Made by a program: the position numbers and the translations under genes. Positions 1 through 9,127 of a stretch of 64,000 nt of DNA are shown piece by piece. Location: the IMG/VR virus record IMGVR_UViG_3300016744_000001; one strand, given 5' to 3'. Position 1 is the stretch's first letter, and the number at the start of each line of letters is the position of its first letter. Source of the stretch: a virus. Taxonomy: Duplodnaviria; Caudoviricetes. The notes below the pieces were generated by a model that was given only the letters and a program-made list of their open reading frames with translations, made no database searches and had not been told where the DNA came from.

Positions 1-129
1 AGTTTTATAGATCTGATCAATCGCAAAATCTCGGCCATGGTGCAGTATGATTTTGTACTCAGCAGATAACCAAGTAAGAACCTGATCATTCTTCGCCCAG
101 CTGCATTTAACATCAAGATAGGGAAATTC

Positions 130-354
130 ATGAATACGAAACCTACTAAGGCTGCAAAAGCGTTTGTCGATACCAAAGCTCACTTGTTTGAAGAAGAGAT
201 CTTCATGTTTGTCGCAGCTTCCAGAAAGGCTGCTGAAAAGGAACTGCGTGAGCGTTTCCCCAAACTGTGGATCGAAAAGACCGACGGGACGTATCGCTCG
301 GAGAAAGACGGAGAATGGCTCCTCTTCATCCGTGAAGAACCTGTGATCGGTTAA
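130..354 (+). CDS. hypothetical phage protein (74 aa)
   Basis: ORF track; weak SD (GGGA) upstream; no recognisable motif. Confidence 0.6.
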   Translation: MNTKPTKAAKAFVDTKAHLFEEEIFMFVAASRKAAEKELRERFPKLWIEKTDGTYRSEKDGEWLLFIREEPVIG

Positions 355-360
355 AGATTT

Positions 361-684
361 CCGGCAGGGGTACTTAAAGCCGTGTGAAATGTCATACCGC
401 TTAAATTGGGTATTTGTAGGTTTGATGGACCTCTCCTACTTAACCCTGCCGGTCCAAATTGAGAGTCATGGACCCCTTCCAATATCGACCTCCTTGCTGT
501 GCTGCGTCGCATTGGCTCCTATCCCCATCATGACTCTCATTCATTTCTCTTCCTGCTCGGTAGCCGAAGTTGCTCCCCCTACCAGCTGACTGAGGTCTTG
601 CAGGAAGAGAATAAACCTCAATGTTCACCGTCAACAACAGCGTGGTGTCTGATCAATCAACACTCATGTCGAGCACTGAGGTTT
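361..684 (+). ncRNA. putative multi-domain structured small RNA with C-rich (anti-SD-like) loops
   Basis: Four back-to-back closed stems (361-369/444-452, 460-470/529-539, 545-556/600-611, 613-620/677-684); inner stems contain G-U pairs valid only on + strand; no credible CDS. Confidence 0.65.
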
Positions 685-697
685 TCTTGTTTTATTC

Positions 698-730
698 TAG
701 TGGCACCAACCGTCGGGGTTGGTGCCACTA
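698..730 (+). terminator. 14-bp perfect hairpin, putative terminator
   Basis: tagtggcaccaacc-gtcgg-ggttggtgccacta. Confidence 0.6.
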
Positions 731-771
731 TGACGACAATTTTGAGCATGCATTTTTCTTTTGGAGGAACA

Positions 772-1317
772 ATGTTAATCTATACTGGAATTGGCAGTCA
801 AAAGACTCCACCAGACATGTGCATGCTAATGACTGACATCGCTAAGCAATTAGCAAAACGTTGGTTCTTACGCAGCGGCTATGCTGATGGTGCAGACAAG
901 GCATTTGGAAAAGGAGCTTATCAAGTTAATGCTCCCCAAGTACATTACCTTCCTTGGGCTGGGTTCAACCATGCACCAAAGGACAATCACATCTTTAAGC
1001 CTTTGGATAAATTGCCTAGCCACTTGGTGCTACAAGCAACTGAGATGGCGGCACAGCTGCACCCCAATTGGGCAGCCTGTGGACAAGGGGCAAGAAAGAT
1101 GCACACCAGAAATATGTTTCAGGTATTGGGAGATGATCTAAATACTCCCACCGACATGGTGGTGTGTTGGACTCCAAAAGGATCTGGTTCTGGTGGTACA
1201 GGGCAAGCAATGCGTTTAGCCAAAAAGTTAGATATTCCAGTCTTCGATTTGGCAATTGCTGGGACTCTGGAGGCAATGTTAATTTTCGTATCTGAAAAAG
1301 AAAACACAGAGGTGTAG
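772..1317 (+). CDS. SLOG/DprA-Smf-like Rossmann-fold phage protein
   Basis: SD GGAGG then ATG at 772; motifs YTGIGS, LRSGYADGADKAF, VVCWT...GGTGQAMRLA...IPVFDL. Confidence 0.8.
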   Translation: MLIYTGIGSQKTPPDMCMLMTDIAKQLAKRWFLRSGYADGADKAFGKGAYQVNAPQVHYLPWAGFNHAPKDNHIFKPLDKLPSHLVLQATEMAAQLHPNWAACGQGARKMHTRNMFQVLGDDLNTPTDMVVCWTPKGSGSGGTGQAMRLAKKLDIPVFDLAIAGTLEAMLIFVSEKENTEV

Positions 1318-1321
1318 AATT

Positions 1322-1651
1322 ATGAATCTACCCGGGATATTCGAACCACGAAAACGGCTTTTCGCCGCTCATTTTTGGTCACAACGATCACTTGGGCGTA
1401 ATATTCGGTCATGCTGGGTTGAGTCTGAAGTTAACAGAATACTGAATGAACAGTATTCTGGCCAGTTGTTTGACTTCCTATTTGATCCCAACAAGTACAC
1501 CAGTCGGATGATTATCAGCCACACTGAAATTAAGAAACAGAGAGTCTATTCATGGGGATACACCTGTGATGCGCTTTCACCAAAAAATGGCTATTTTAGT
1601 GAATGCGTGATGCTGGTGGTTGACCGACTAATGGAGAAGGTGTATGGATAA
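1322..1651 (+). CDS. hypothetical protein
   Basis: ORF with GAGGTG SD, in tight operon. Confidence 0.7.
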   Translation: MNLPGIFEPRKRLFAAHFWSQRSLGRNIRSCWVESEVNRILNEQYSGQLFDFLFDPNKYTSRMIISHTEIKKQRVYSWGYTCDALSPKNGYFSECVMLVVDRLMEKVYG

Positions 1652-1913
1652 GTGGACCAAACTGGATGTCATTGGTATGATCAACTGGGTGTTGCTGATT
1701 GTAGCGATATTGCTGCCGATTAAGTTGCCCCATCCGTATTGGGGGATGTTTGAAATGGTCGCATGGGCAATGCCGCTGTTGGTTAGTGGTACACCAGATT
1801 GGGTTTTCCCAGAATGGATAACCAAGTGCCTAGAAATATTGGCATGGATCGCTTATGGAATACTCATTGGTGGAAACCTTTATCTGATTAGTCTTTGCTG
1901 GAGGGTGATATGA
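1644..1913 (+). CDS. small membrane protein
   Basis: hydrophobic segments; overlaps neighbouring ORFs by a few nt. Confidence 0.7.
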   Translation: MDKWTKLDVIGMINWVLLIVAILLPIKLPHPYWGMFEMVAWAMPLLVSGTPDWVFPEWITKCLEILAWIAYGILIGGNLYLISLCWRVI

Positions 1914-2146
1914 AACTAGCAATTCTTAAAGGACTCCATCGAGGACTTCACACCAGAAGAGCCGAGACTCACAAAAATTGTGGTATTTTCCAGCAAAACA
2001 TACCGGGTTATCAAAAGCAAACAAAGCTGATGATACTACGTGCGTTTGCCAGGTCAAATCGAACTCAATCGGCGTTTGTCATCGCGCACAACAAAGAACT
2101 AAATTACTCAATGAAGGTGATGCATGGAGATACCAGAAATCAGTAA
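1910..2146 (+). CDS. small basic hypothetical protein
   Basis: GGAGGG SD; ATGA start-stop overlap at 1910. Confidence 0.6.
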   Translation: MKLAILKGLHRGLHTRRAETHKNCGIFQQNIPGYQKQTKLMILRAFARSNRTQSAFVIAHNKELNYSMKVMHGDTRNQ

Positions 2147-2504
2147 GATTGAGGATCTGGATATACAGATCAAGGCAATTATCACCAAGGCAATCCAAGA
2201 TCCAACCGTGATCCCCGCATACCTGCAGCTGCAGTTGGGAAAGCTGGCTAAGGCACAAGAAGGGTTGTCAGCGATGCTGCTGACTGTGGAAGATGGTTGT
2301 GAAGCGAATACCCGTAAACAGCTGGTGAACACCATGCGATCGGTGGTCCATCAAAACCGGATCATCCAGCATGTGATCAACGTGATCTTGGTCTATATTG
2401 CTAGCGGTGATTATGACAACGCCGCTCACGGTGCAGCACTGCGTGCTGGGGCTGATGCCAGAACAGTCCTGAAGGATGTTTGGAACAAGAAGTTCAAAGA
2501 GTAA
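2124..2504 (+). CDS. hypothetical helical protein
   Basis: GAAGGTG SD; 126-aa ORF. Confidence 0.7.
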   Translation: MEIPEISKIEDLDIQIKAIITKAIQDPTVIPAYLQLQLGKLAKAQEGLSAMLLTVEDGCEANTRKQLVNTMRSVVHQNRIIQHVINVILVYIASGDYDNAAHGAALRAGADARTVLKDVWNKKFKE

Positions 2505-2535
2505 GTTCTGACACCGTGGAGTATTTTGTGTATAA

Positions 2536-2612
2536 GCTAGCGTAGCTCAATTGGCAGAGCAGCTGATTTGTAATCAGCAGGTTTGTGGGTTCAAGTCCCA
2601 TCGTTAGCTCCA
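2536..2612 (+). tRNA. trnT: tRNA-Thr(TGT)
   Basis: acceptor GCTAGCG/CGTTAGC, anticodon arm gctga-tt TGT aa-tcagc, GTTCAAGT T-loop, encoded CCA. Confidence 0.95.
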
Positions 2613-2622
2613 GTGTAAATAA

Positions 2623-2697
2623 TGGGGCTTCGTCAAGCGGTAAGACAACAGACTTTGACTCTGTCATTCACTGGTTCAAATCCAGTAGTCCCAGCCA
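2623..2697 (+). tRNA. trnQ: tRNA-Gln(TTG)
   Basis: acceptor TGGGGCT/AGTCCCA, anticodon arm acaga-ct TTG ac-tctgt, GTTCAAAT, encoded CCA. Confidence 0.95.
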
Positions 2698-2714
2698 AAT
2701 ATTCGAGAGGTAAC

Positions 2715-2966
2715 ATGAACCGCAGCGAGATCTTTGAACGTGTGAAGTTGTGTGTGTCGAAGCACACTGAGGTCGAAGCTGACCTGATCACTGAGCAGTC
2801 AATGTTGGCCGAGGAGTTGAACTTTGATTCGATTGCCTTGATTGAACTGGGCATGGAAATCGAAGAACAGTTTCAGGACATTAAAAAGCTGGATATTCCT
2901 GAAGGGGATATCATCGGCTGGTTTGATGTTGAAGAAATCGTGACTTATCTCGAGCAAGTCCTGTAA
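2715..2966 (+). CDS. acyl carrier protein (AcpP-like)
   Basis: 83 aa, acidic; phosphopantetheine-site motif LNFDSIALIELGMEIEEQF; SD GAGG, ATG at 2715. Confidence 0.85.
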   Translation: MNRSEIFERVKLCVSKHTEVEADLITEQSMLAEELNFDSIALIELGMEIEEQFQDIKKLDIPEGDIIGWFDVEEIVTYLEQVL

Positions 2967-2968
2967 GC

Positions 2969-3002
2969 TACTCATCCCACACCAACTGGTGTGGGATGAG
3001 TA
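2969..3002. terminator. perfect palindromic hairpin
   Basis: tactcatcccacacca-ac-tggtgtgggatgagta. Confidence 0.6.
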
Positions 3003-3055
3003 TATTTTGTACAAAGTTTTTTCTTTGTATCTAATCAAGAATTTACGAGGTCATT

Positions 3056-4816
3056 ATGAAGTTATCTGTCAAGTTGACAGGCTTGTCAACAACACTGACT
3101 CTGTTTACAATTATCGTTGGGGTACTAGCGATACTTGGAATGTCAAACATTAACCGTGAAACACAAGACTTGGCGAAGAACTGGTTACCATCAGTCAAGT
3201 CAGTCAGTGAGCTGTCAGATGCGGTTAACGAGTTCAGACGAGATCAGTTGGCTAAGATCATTGTCAACATCAACAACAACAATGAGTTAGTTGTTGAGTA
3301 CAACCAGAAGACTGACAATGACTCAGCTCGTGTACAACGGCGAATGGATCGTTATGCGAAGTTGATCAGTGAACCTGAAGAACGAGTGGCGTTTGAGGAT
3401 TTCAAGATCGCTTGGCAAAAGTACATGGTTATCAATCAACGAATTGAAGTCCTGCTGTTACAAAACAAACCACAGGAAGCTGGCACACTGTTGTTTGGGG
3501 ATGCTCGGGTGATCTACAATACGGCACTATCAAATCTGCTTAAAGCGATCTCAATCAATGACCAAGGGTCAAGTCAATCAGCTGCTAAGGCGAGTGACGA
3601 GTACTCTCGTAGCCGATTGATCACATTGATCTTGACAGTAGTGTCCACGCTGATCGCGATCATGTTTTCAGTATTGTTGATCAGAGTAGTTCTCAAACAG
3701 TTGGGGGAAGACCCGGGGTATCTGTACGAAGTCTCCATGGAGATTGCGAATGGAAACCTTGATGTCAAGTTGAAGTCATTTGTGGGTGAGGGTGGTGTAT
3801 ACGGTGCACTCACGAAGATGGTCGCAACTTTGAAAGCTAAGATCAAAGAAGCTGAAGAGAAGTCAGCTCAGGCTGCACAAGAAGCGCAGTTTGCGAAAGA
3901 AGCCACTGCGGTTGCTGAAGAAGCAACTCAGAAAGCTCAACGTGCCAGAGCTGAAGGCATGATGCAAGCGGCAAAACAGCTGGAAGAAGTTGTGACTATT
4001 TTGACAACAGCGTCTGAAGAACTGTCAGCGCAAGTGGAACAATCTCGTCGAGGAGCAGATGATCAGTCTGGTCGGGTACGAGAAACAGCAACTGCAATGG
4101 AAGAGATGAACGCAACTATCTTGGAAGTAGCAGGGAATGCTCAACATGCAGCTGAAGCGTCCACACAGACCAGACAGCAGGCAATTGAGGGTACCACCAT
4201 TGTTGCTGATGTTGTCAAGAGCATTGAGTCCGTCAGAGTCCAGTCAGCTGGGATCAAGTCAGATATGGACATGCTTGGTAAACAAGCACTGGCAATTGGT
4301 CAGATTCTTAATGTGATTGCCGACATTGCCGACCAGACGAACCTGCTTGCTTTGAATGCCGCCATTGAAGCTGCCCGTGCAGGTGATGCTGGTAGAGGGT
4401 TTGCAGTGGTCGCTGATGAGGTTCGTAAACTTGCTGAAAAATCAATGACTGCTACTCAAGAAGTTGGGAAAGCAATCAATGACATTCAGGAAGGAACTAA
4501 AAAGAATATTGCTGGGGTTGAGAGCAACACTGTTGCAATTGAACAGGTAGCTTTGTTGTCAACTCAGTCTGGTGAAGCATTGACCAAAATCCTTGAGTTT
4601 GTTAACCATGTGAACGATCAAGTGCAATCAATTGCCACTGCTTCAGAAGAACAGTCAGCGGCAAGCGAAGAGATCAATCGTTCTGTGGAAGAAGTGGCAA
4701 CAATTTCCAACGAGACATCAGTTGCTATGGAACATGCCTCAGGTTCAGTTGCTAAACTGTTGCAACAAGTTCAAGTACTTCAGAAGCTCATCACTGAATT
4801 GAAATCAGCTAAATAA
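3056..4816 (+). CDS. methyl-accepting chemotaxis protein (2 TM helices, four-helix-bundle sensor, signalling domain)
   Basis: signature [36 protein letters not shown]; NWLPSV periplasmic 4HB start; methylation helices ATAMEEM and [12 protein letters not shown]. Confidence 0.95.
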   Translation: MKLSVKLTGLSTTLTLFTIIVGVLAILGMSNINRETQDLAKNWLPSVKSVSELSDAVNEFRRDQLAKIIVNINNNNELVVEYNQKTDNDSARVQRRMDRYAKLISEPEERVAFEDFKIAWQKYMVINQRIEVLLLQNKPQEAGTLLFGDARVIYNTALSNLLKAISINDQGSSQSAAKASDEYSRSRLITLILTVVSTLIAIMFSVLLIRVVLKQLGEDPGYLYEVSMEIANGNLDVKLKSFVGEGGVYGALTKMVATLKAKIKEAEEKSAQAAQEAQFAKEATAVAEEATQKAQRARAEGMMQAAKQLEEVVTILTTASEELSAQVEQSRRGADDQSGRVRETATAMEEMNATILEVAGNAQHAAEASTQTRQQAIEGTTIVADVVKSIESVRVQSAGIKSDMDMLGKQALAIGQILNVIADIADQTNLLALNAAIEAARAGDAGRGFAVVADEVRKLAEKSMTATQEVGKAINDIQEGTKKNIAGVESNTVAIEQVALLSTQSGEALTKILEFVNHVNDQVQSIATASEEQSAASEEINRSVEEVATISNETSVAMEHASGSVAKLLQQVQVLQKLITELKSAK

Positions 4817-4820
4817 TTCA

Positions 4821-4854
4821 TCAGTACTACACCCTGAAGAGGGTGTAGTACTGA
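4821..4854. terminator. 15-bp perfect hairpin
   Basis: tcagtactacaccct-gaag-agggtgtagtactga. Confidence 0.6.
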
Positions 4855-4875
4855 GAATCGTAAAGATTTAAGGAA

Positions 4876-4883
4876 TATATTAC
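4876..4883 (+). promoter_or_regulatory. putative early promoter TATATTAC
   Basis: exact match to the phiKZ early promoter consensus; follows a terminator and precedes an operon. Confidence 0.6.
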
Positions 4884-4943
4884 TTAACAGATCGTGACAA
4901 CTTTTATGTTAACAATCAAACCAAAACTAAACGAGGGAATCAC

Positions 4944-6974
4944 ATGGATTTCAAATTGATCAAGGATGCTGTTGCAGCGCAGTTTGCCAAGATGGTCAAG
5001 GAAGATGGCAACCTGTTTGTGGTCGACGTCGAACGTGACACCATCTGGGAAAGCTATCTTGGCAGTTTTCCTGAAGGGACCAACCCGATCTACCGCGTCC
5101 GCCGGGAGTACGATTGCTCCATCTGCCGTCAGTTCGTGCGCGTGCTCGGCGGGGTGGTTTCGATCAATCCCCAAACTTTGAAGGTTTCTTCCATTTGGGA
5201 CATCACCGTATCCGAACCGGCATTCCAGGCGGTGGCGGATGCCATGTCCAACCTGATCCACTCCAAGCCGATCGTTAATGCGTTCCGTCATTCGGAACAT
5301 CGCATTGGTGCCGACTTCACCATGGCCTTGTTTGAAGACAAAACCACCCCGGTCAAATTTGACCACTTCTTTGCAAACCTGCCAGGGTTTGCGTTTGTCC
5401 ATGACAAAGACTACGGAACGGTTCTGTCGCAGTACCGCTCCGGCTACGACGTGTTCAAACGCGGTTGTGTCGAACTGACGTCGGAAGCGTTCGACACGGT
5501 TCTTGAGCTGATCGCTCAGAACTCGCTCTATCGCGGTGAAGAATTCACCGGCGTAATCAACGCCTTCTACAACCTGAAGAAAAAACATGACGCGCTTCCG
5601 GAAGACCAGCGGGAAGCTTTCCTGTGGCTTTCAGCCGTCACCCAGCCGGCCAGTGTGCTGCGTTTCCGCAGCATGGCAATTGGCCAGCTCATCATCGACC
5701 TGTCGGACGATGTTGAACTCGAAGCTGCTGTCAGCTCTTACGAGCGCATCACCGCTCCCACCAACTATCGCCGCCCGACTTCTCTGGTCAGCAAAGCAAT
5801 GGTTGAACGGGCCAAACAGACCATTACTGAACTCGGTCTGGAATCTGCTCTTGCCCGCCGCTGTGCGACCATCGATGACATCCCTGTCGTCGATGCAATC
5901 TTTGTGGACCGTAACCAGGTCACCAAACTGGAAGACGATCCCTTTGACGTTCCAACCACGGGCAATAAGAAGCAGGACTTCAAACAGGTGCAGGAAATCA
6001 CCATCGACAAGTTCATTACCGAAGTGGTGCCCACCGCCACCAAGCTTGAAGTGCTTCTGGAAAACAAACTGACCAAGAATTTGGTCACGATGACCACTGC
6101 GGTTGACCCGACCGCACCCGGCATGTTCAAGTGGAACAATCCCCTTGCTTGGGCCTACGTTGGTGACGTCACCGACTCGATCAAAGAACGCGTGAAAAAC
6201 GCTGGTGGCAACATCACGGCGGATCTCTGCTGCCGCCTGTCCTGGGACAACACGGATGACCTTGATCTGCACATGATCGAACCTTCCGGGTTCGAAGTGT
6301 ATTTCCGTGAGAAGATGTCCCCCAGTGGCATGCAACTTGACGTTGACATGAACGCCGGCCACCAGCCGTTGAGCACTGAACCGGTGGAAAACATCTTCAT
6401 GCATTCTGAGCACGGTCTCAGCCAGAACGGTGTTTACCGCCTGTTTGTGCACAACTTCAACCGCCGTAACGGTGACTCCCGTGGTTTCACTGTGGAAATT
6501 GATTTCAAGGGCAGCGTCAAGACTTTCTGCTGCGACAAGGTGATTCCCACACATCACGCCGTCGAAGTGGCCAAGTTCAAGTACGTTCCCGGCGAAGGGA
6601 TCGTGATCATCGAATCTCTGCCTGAAAGCAATGCCAGCAAAGAAGTGTGGGGGCTGACCACGAACAACTTTGTTCCGGTGAAAGCCCTGGTCAAGTCTCC
6701 CAACCATTGGGGTGACAACAACATCGGCAACCAGCATTACTTCTTCATGCTGGATGATTGCATCAATCCCAACAGTGTTCGTGGTTTCTACAACGAATTC
6801 CTGCGGGAAGATCTCACTCAGCACCGCAAGGTGTTTGAACTGGTTGGCACCAAAGCTAAGGCCGAATCCACGCCCAACCAGCTGTCCGGTGTCGGTTTCT
6901 CGACCACACAGCCGGCACAGCTTCTTGTTCGGGTCACGGGTACCTTCACCCGTGTGCTTCGTGTAACCTTCTAA
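4944..6974 (+). CDS. conserved large phage protein (676 aa) with CxxC and a C-terminal DLDLH (YfaP-like) beta domain
   Basis: SD GAGGG; YDCSICRQF; LSWDNTDDLDLHMIEP...LDVDMNAG...PVENI. Confidence 0.75.
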   Translation: MDFKLIKDAVAAQFAKMVKEDGNLFVVDVERDTIWESYLGSFPEGTNPIYRVRREYDCSICRQFVRVLGGVVSINPQTLKVSSIWDITVSEPAFQAVADAMSNLIHSKPIVNAFRHSEHRIGADFTMALFEDKTTPVKFDHFFANLPGFAFVHDKDYGTVLSQYRSGYDVFKRGCVELTSEAFDTVLELIAQNSLYRGEEFTGVINAFYNLKKKHDALPEDQREAFLWLSAVTQPASVLRFRSMAIGQLIIDLSDDVELEAAVSSYERITAPTNYRRPTSLVSKAMVERAKQTITELGLESALARRCATIDDIPVVDAIFVDRNQVTKLEDDPFDVPTTGNKKQDFKQVQEITIDKFITEVVPTATKLEVLLENKLTKNLVTMTTAVDPTAPGMFKWNNPLAWAYVGDVTDSIKERVKNAGGNITADLCCRLSWDNTDDLDLHMIEPSGFEVYFREKMSPSGMQLDVDMNAGHQPLSTEPVENIFMHSEHGLSQNGVYRLFVHNFNRRNGDSRGFTVEIDFKGSVKTFCCDKVIPTHHAVEVAKFKYVPGEGIVIIESLPESNASKEVWGLTTNNFVPVKALVKSPNHWGDNNIGNQHYFFMLDDCINPNSVRGFYNEFLREDLTQHRKVFELVGTKAKAESTPNQLSGVGFSTTQPAQLLVRVTGTFTRVLRVTF

Positions 6975-6991
6975 TCAAAAGGACCATCACC

Positions 6992-7411
6992 ATGTCTGAC
7001 ATCTTTGAACGCGCTTCCCGTGAACGTCTCCGCATCGACACCCCTGCTGGTGCTCTTACCGTTGAAGACCTGTGGACTGTTCCCCTGCGCTCGCGCACTC
7101 CCAACAGCCTCAGCCTTGATCTCATTGCCAAGGACGTCTACACCGAGCTGAAGAAGCAGGAAGAGATCACCTCTTTTGTGGATGACGATGCGGCGCCGTC
7201 GAAGCAGAAGGCCACCCTTGAACTCGCCATGGACATCCTCAAGCACATCATCGCCTATCGCAAGGCTGAAAGTGCTCGCCAGGAAGACCTCCAGAAGAAG
7301 AAGGCTCTCCAGCAGAACCTCCTCCGCATCAAGGCCGACCGCCAGGCCGCGAACATGGAAAACCTCACCGACGAGGAACTGGACAAGATGATCGCCGACT
7401 GCAGCAACTAG
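6992..7411 (+). CDS. conserved phage hypothetical protein
   Basis: N-terminus IFERASRERLR...LTVEDLW resembles a widespread small phage family; SD AAGGA. Confidence 0.75.
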   Translation: MSDIFERASRERLRIDTPAGALTVEDLWTVPLRSRTPNSLSLDLIAKDVYTELKKQEEITSFVDDDAAPSKQKATLELAMDILKHIIAYRKAESARQEDLQKKKALQQNLLRIKADRQAANMENLTDEELDKMIADCSN

Positions 7412-7425
7412 CTGCATGGTTAACC

Positions 7426-7454
7426 GGGGCAGCAGCCATGCGGGTTGTTGCCCC
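7426..7454 (+). terminator. GC-rich hairpin with G-U pairs
   Basis: ggggcagcagcc-atgcg-ggttgttgcccc followed by ttt. Confidence 0.5.
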
Positions 7455-7478
7455 TTTACAGTGAATGAGGAATAATCC

Positions 7479-7730
7479 ATGGTCATTGACGTTGTTTTGA
7501 CAGCGCTCATTTTCACTGTGATCATCATCATCTTGGCGAACACCATCATCCCTTGGATGTTTCCATCACTTTCGTATTGGTGGTTGTTCAAGAAAAGTAA
7601 GGTTGATGAAGCACATCGGAATAAATCCACAGTGGTTGAAGAAGTTGTTGCTAACGAAATTAACAAAGAAACCGGACGACTTGAAAAAGTACTTGTCAGG
7701 TCAACCGGAACCAATAAAGAAGGTCAGTAA
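7479..7730 (+). CDS. small single-TM membrane protein
   Basis: N-terminal hydrophobic helix; stop overlaps the SPFH start. Confidence 0.75.
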   Translation: MVIDVVLTALIFTVIIIILANTIIPWMFPSLSYWWLFKKSKVDEAHRNKSTVVEEVVANEINKETGRLEKVLVRSTGTNKEGQ

Positions 7731-9073
7731 TGCAGCTCCCTGAAAATCTGATTACCAAGTATGGCCGGAAGGTCATCGGCAGTGTTGTTATTGTCGTGTC
7801 GTTGGTCCTTGGTTGGATAATGGCATCCAATTTGTGGGAAAACATTCCCGCTGGCTACATTGCTGTTATCCAGTCGCCGGTTACTGGTGAACTCACCGTG
7901 CATACTGAACCGGGCATGAAGTGGCAGGGTTTCGGCAGTGTTACCTTGTACCCTCGCACTGGTCTGTTTGAATTTACCCAGCCGGTCAATCCTTACTCGG
8001 AAAACAAAGCTGAAGCTGCCAGGTACGACAAGGCCAACGACAACTCGCACAAGATCACCTTCAATGACGGCGGCGAAGCCTACATCTCTGGCTCCATCAG
8101 GTACGATTACCCCATGGACAAAGAGAAGATCGAGCTGCTGCACCGCATGTTCTACGGGCACGATGCGGTTATCAAAGGCTTGGTTGCGAAGACTATGGAA
8201 CGTGCGGTGTACATGAGCGGCCCGCTTATGACATCGATCGATTCTTTCATGTCACGTCGTTCCGACCTGCCCATTCTTATTGAAGACCAAGCCCGAAACG
8301 GTCTGTACCGCGTGATCACCAAGGATGTCATCTTGGTGGATGAATTCACCAAAGAACGCAAGCAGATCAAACAGGCTGAGCCGGTAAAAGATGCTGATTC
8401 CCCGAACGGGTTCCTCCGCCAGGATGAATCGATTATGACCAAGTATGGTCTTTCGCTGGCCAACCTCAGCATCACCGTTAACTATGACCCCAAAGTACAG
8501 GGTCGTGTGAACGCTCTGTTTGCTGCTGCCTCGGACATTCAGATCGCAACAATGAACGCCAAGAAAGCAGAACAGGATCGTAAGACGGCGGCCGAACAAG
8601 GCCAAGCCACTGCCACCACTGCTGAATGGCGCGCCAAAGCGATTGCTGCTGAAGAAATCGCTCGTGCTGAAAAAGAGAAGAGTGTGAAGATCCTTGAAGC
8701 CGAAAAGGATCGTGCCTCTGCCGTTATTGCTGCTGAGAAAGAACTGCAGGTTGCTGATCTTGATCGCAAAACGGCCATCGCTTATAAGGACTCACAGCTG
8801 CAGCGCGCTGAAGGTGACGCCACATATAAGCGCAAGGTCATGGAAGCTGACGGTGCACTCACTCCCAAGTTGGATGCGTACATTGAAGTGAACAAGATCT
8901 GGGCTGAGGCCTTTGCGGCTTACAAAGGTAACTTTGTTCCGCAGTTCGTGATGGGCAGCGGCGGCCAAAATGGGCAGTCGAATACCGCCCAGGACTTCAT
9001 GAACATGATGATGATGAAAACCAGCAAGGACCTTTTGGGTGATGCTGGTGGCATGGCCGTTCGCCAGAAGTAA
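7730..9073 (+). CDS. SPFH/Band-7 (flotillin/prohibitin-like) membrane protein
   Basis: N-terminal TM, IPAGYIAVIQ...EPG beta region, Ala/Glu/Lys coiled coil, C-terminal VPQFVMG. Confidence 0.85.
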   Translation: MQLPENLITKYGRKVIGSVVIVVSLVLGWIMASNLWENIPAGYIAVIQSPVTGELTVHTEPGMKWQGFGSVTLYPRTGLFEFTQPVNPYSENKAEAARYDKANDNSHKITFNDGGEAYISGSIRYDYPMDKEKIELLHRMFYGHDAVIKGLVAKTMERAVYMSGPLMTSIDSFMSRRSDLPILIEDQARNGLYRVITKDVILVDEFTKERKQIKQAEPVKDADSPNGFLRQDESIMTKYGLSLANLSITVNYDPKVQGRVNALFAAASDIQIATMNAKKAEQDRKTAAEQGQATATTAEWRAKAIAAEEIARAEKEKSVKILEAEKDRASAVIAAEKELQVADLDRKTAIAYKDSQLQRAEGDATYKRKVMEADGALTPKLDAYIEVNKIWAEAFAAYKGNFVPQFVMGSGGQNGQSNTAQDFMNMMMMKTSKDLLGDAGGMAVRQK

Positions 9074-9083
9074 ACAATAACTC

Positions 9084-9114
9084 CACTGACCGGCAGGATT
9101 CCTGCCGGTCAGTG
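9084..9114. terminator. perfect palindromic hairpin
   Basis: cactgaccggcagga-t-tcctgccggtcagtg. Confidence 0.6.
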
Positions 9115-9127
9115 ATAAGGAAGTGTC

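Noticed and set aside
1-129. In-frame TAA at 67-69 upstream of ORF 130 as a read-through or pseudogene
   Set aside because: Truncated by the window edge; equally explained as the end of an upstream gene.
361-684. CsrB/RsmZ-like GGA sponge on the minus strand
   Set aside because: G-U pairs in the inner stems and the flanking gene orientation favour the + strand; kept only as an alternative.
361-730. CRISPR mini-array or type III antitoxin repeat array
   Set aside because: The units are inverted repeats unrelated to each other; there are no direct repeats with regular spacing and no cas genes.
499-771. N-terminal extension of the 272-aa ORF and ORFs 389-589 and 440-637
   Set aside because: No SD; they overlap the structured RNA; the SLOG domain begins at ATG 772 after GGAGG.
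2622-2714. Longer ACP ORF start
   Set aside because: It overlaps tRNA-Gln; the SD-supported start is 2715.
4884-7714. Long antisense ORFs (234, 397 and 247 aa) and similar shadows elsewhere (e.g. 61413-62288)
   Set aside because: They mirror strongly codon-biased sense genes and have no motifs or SDs.
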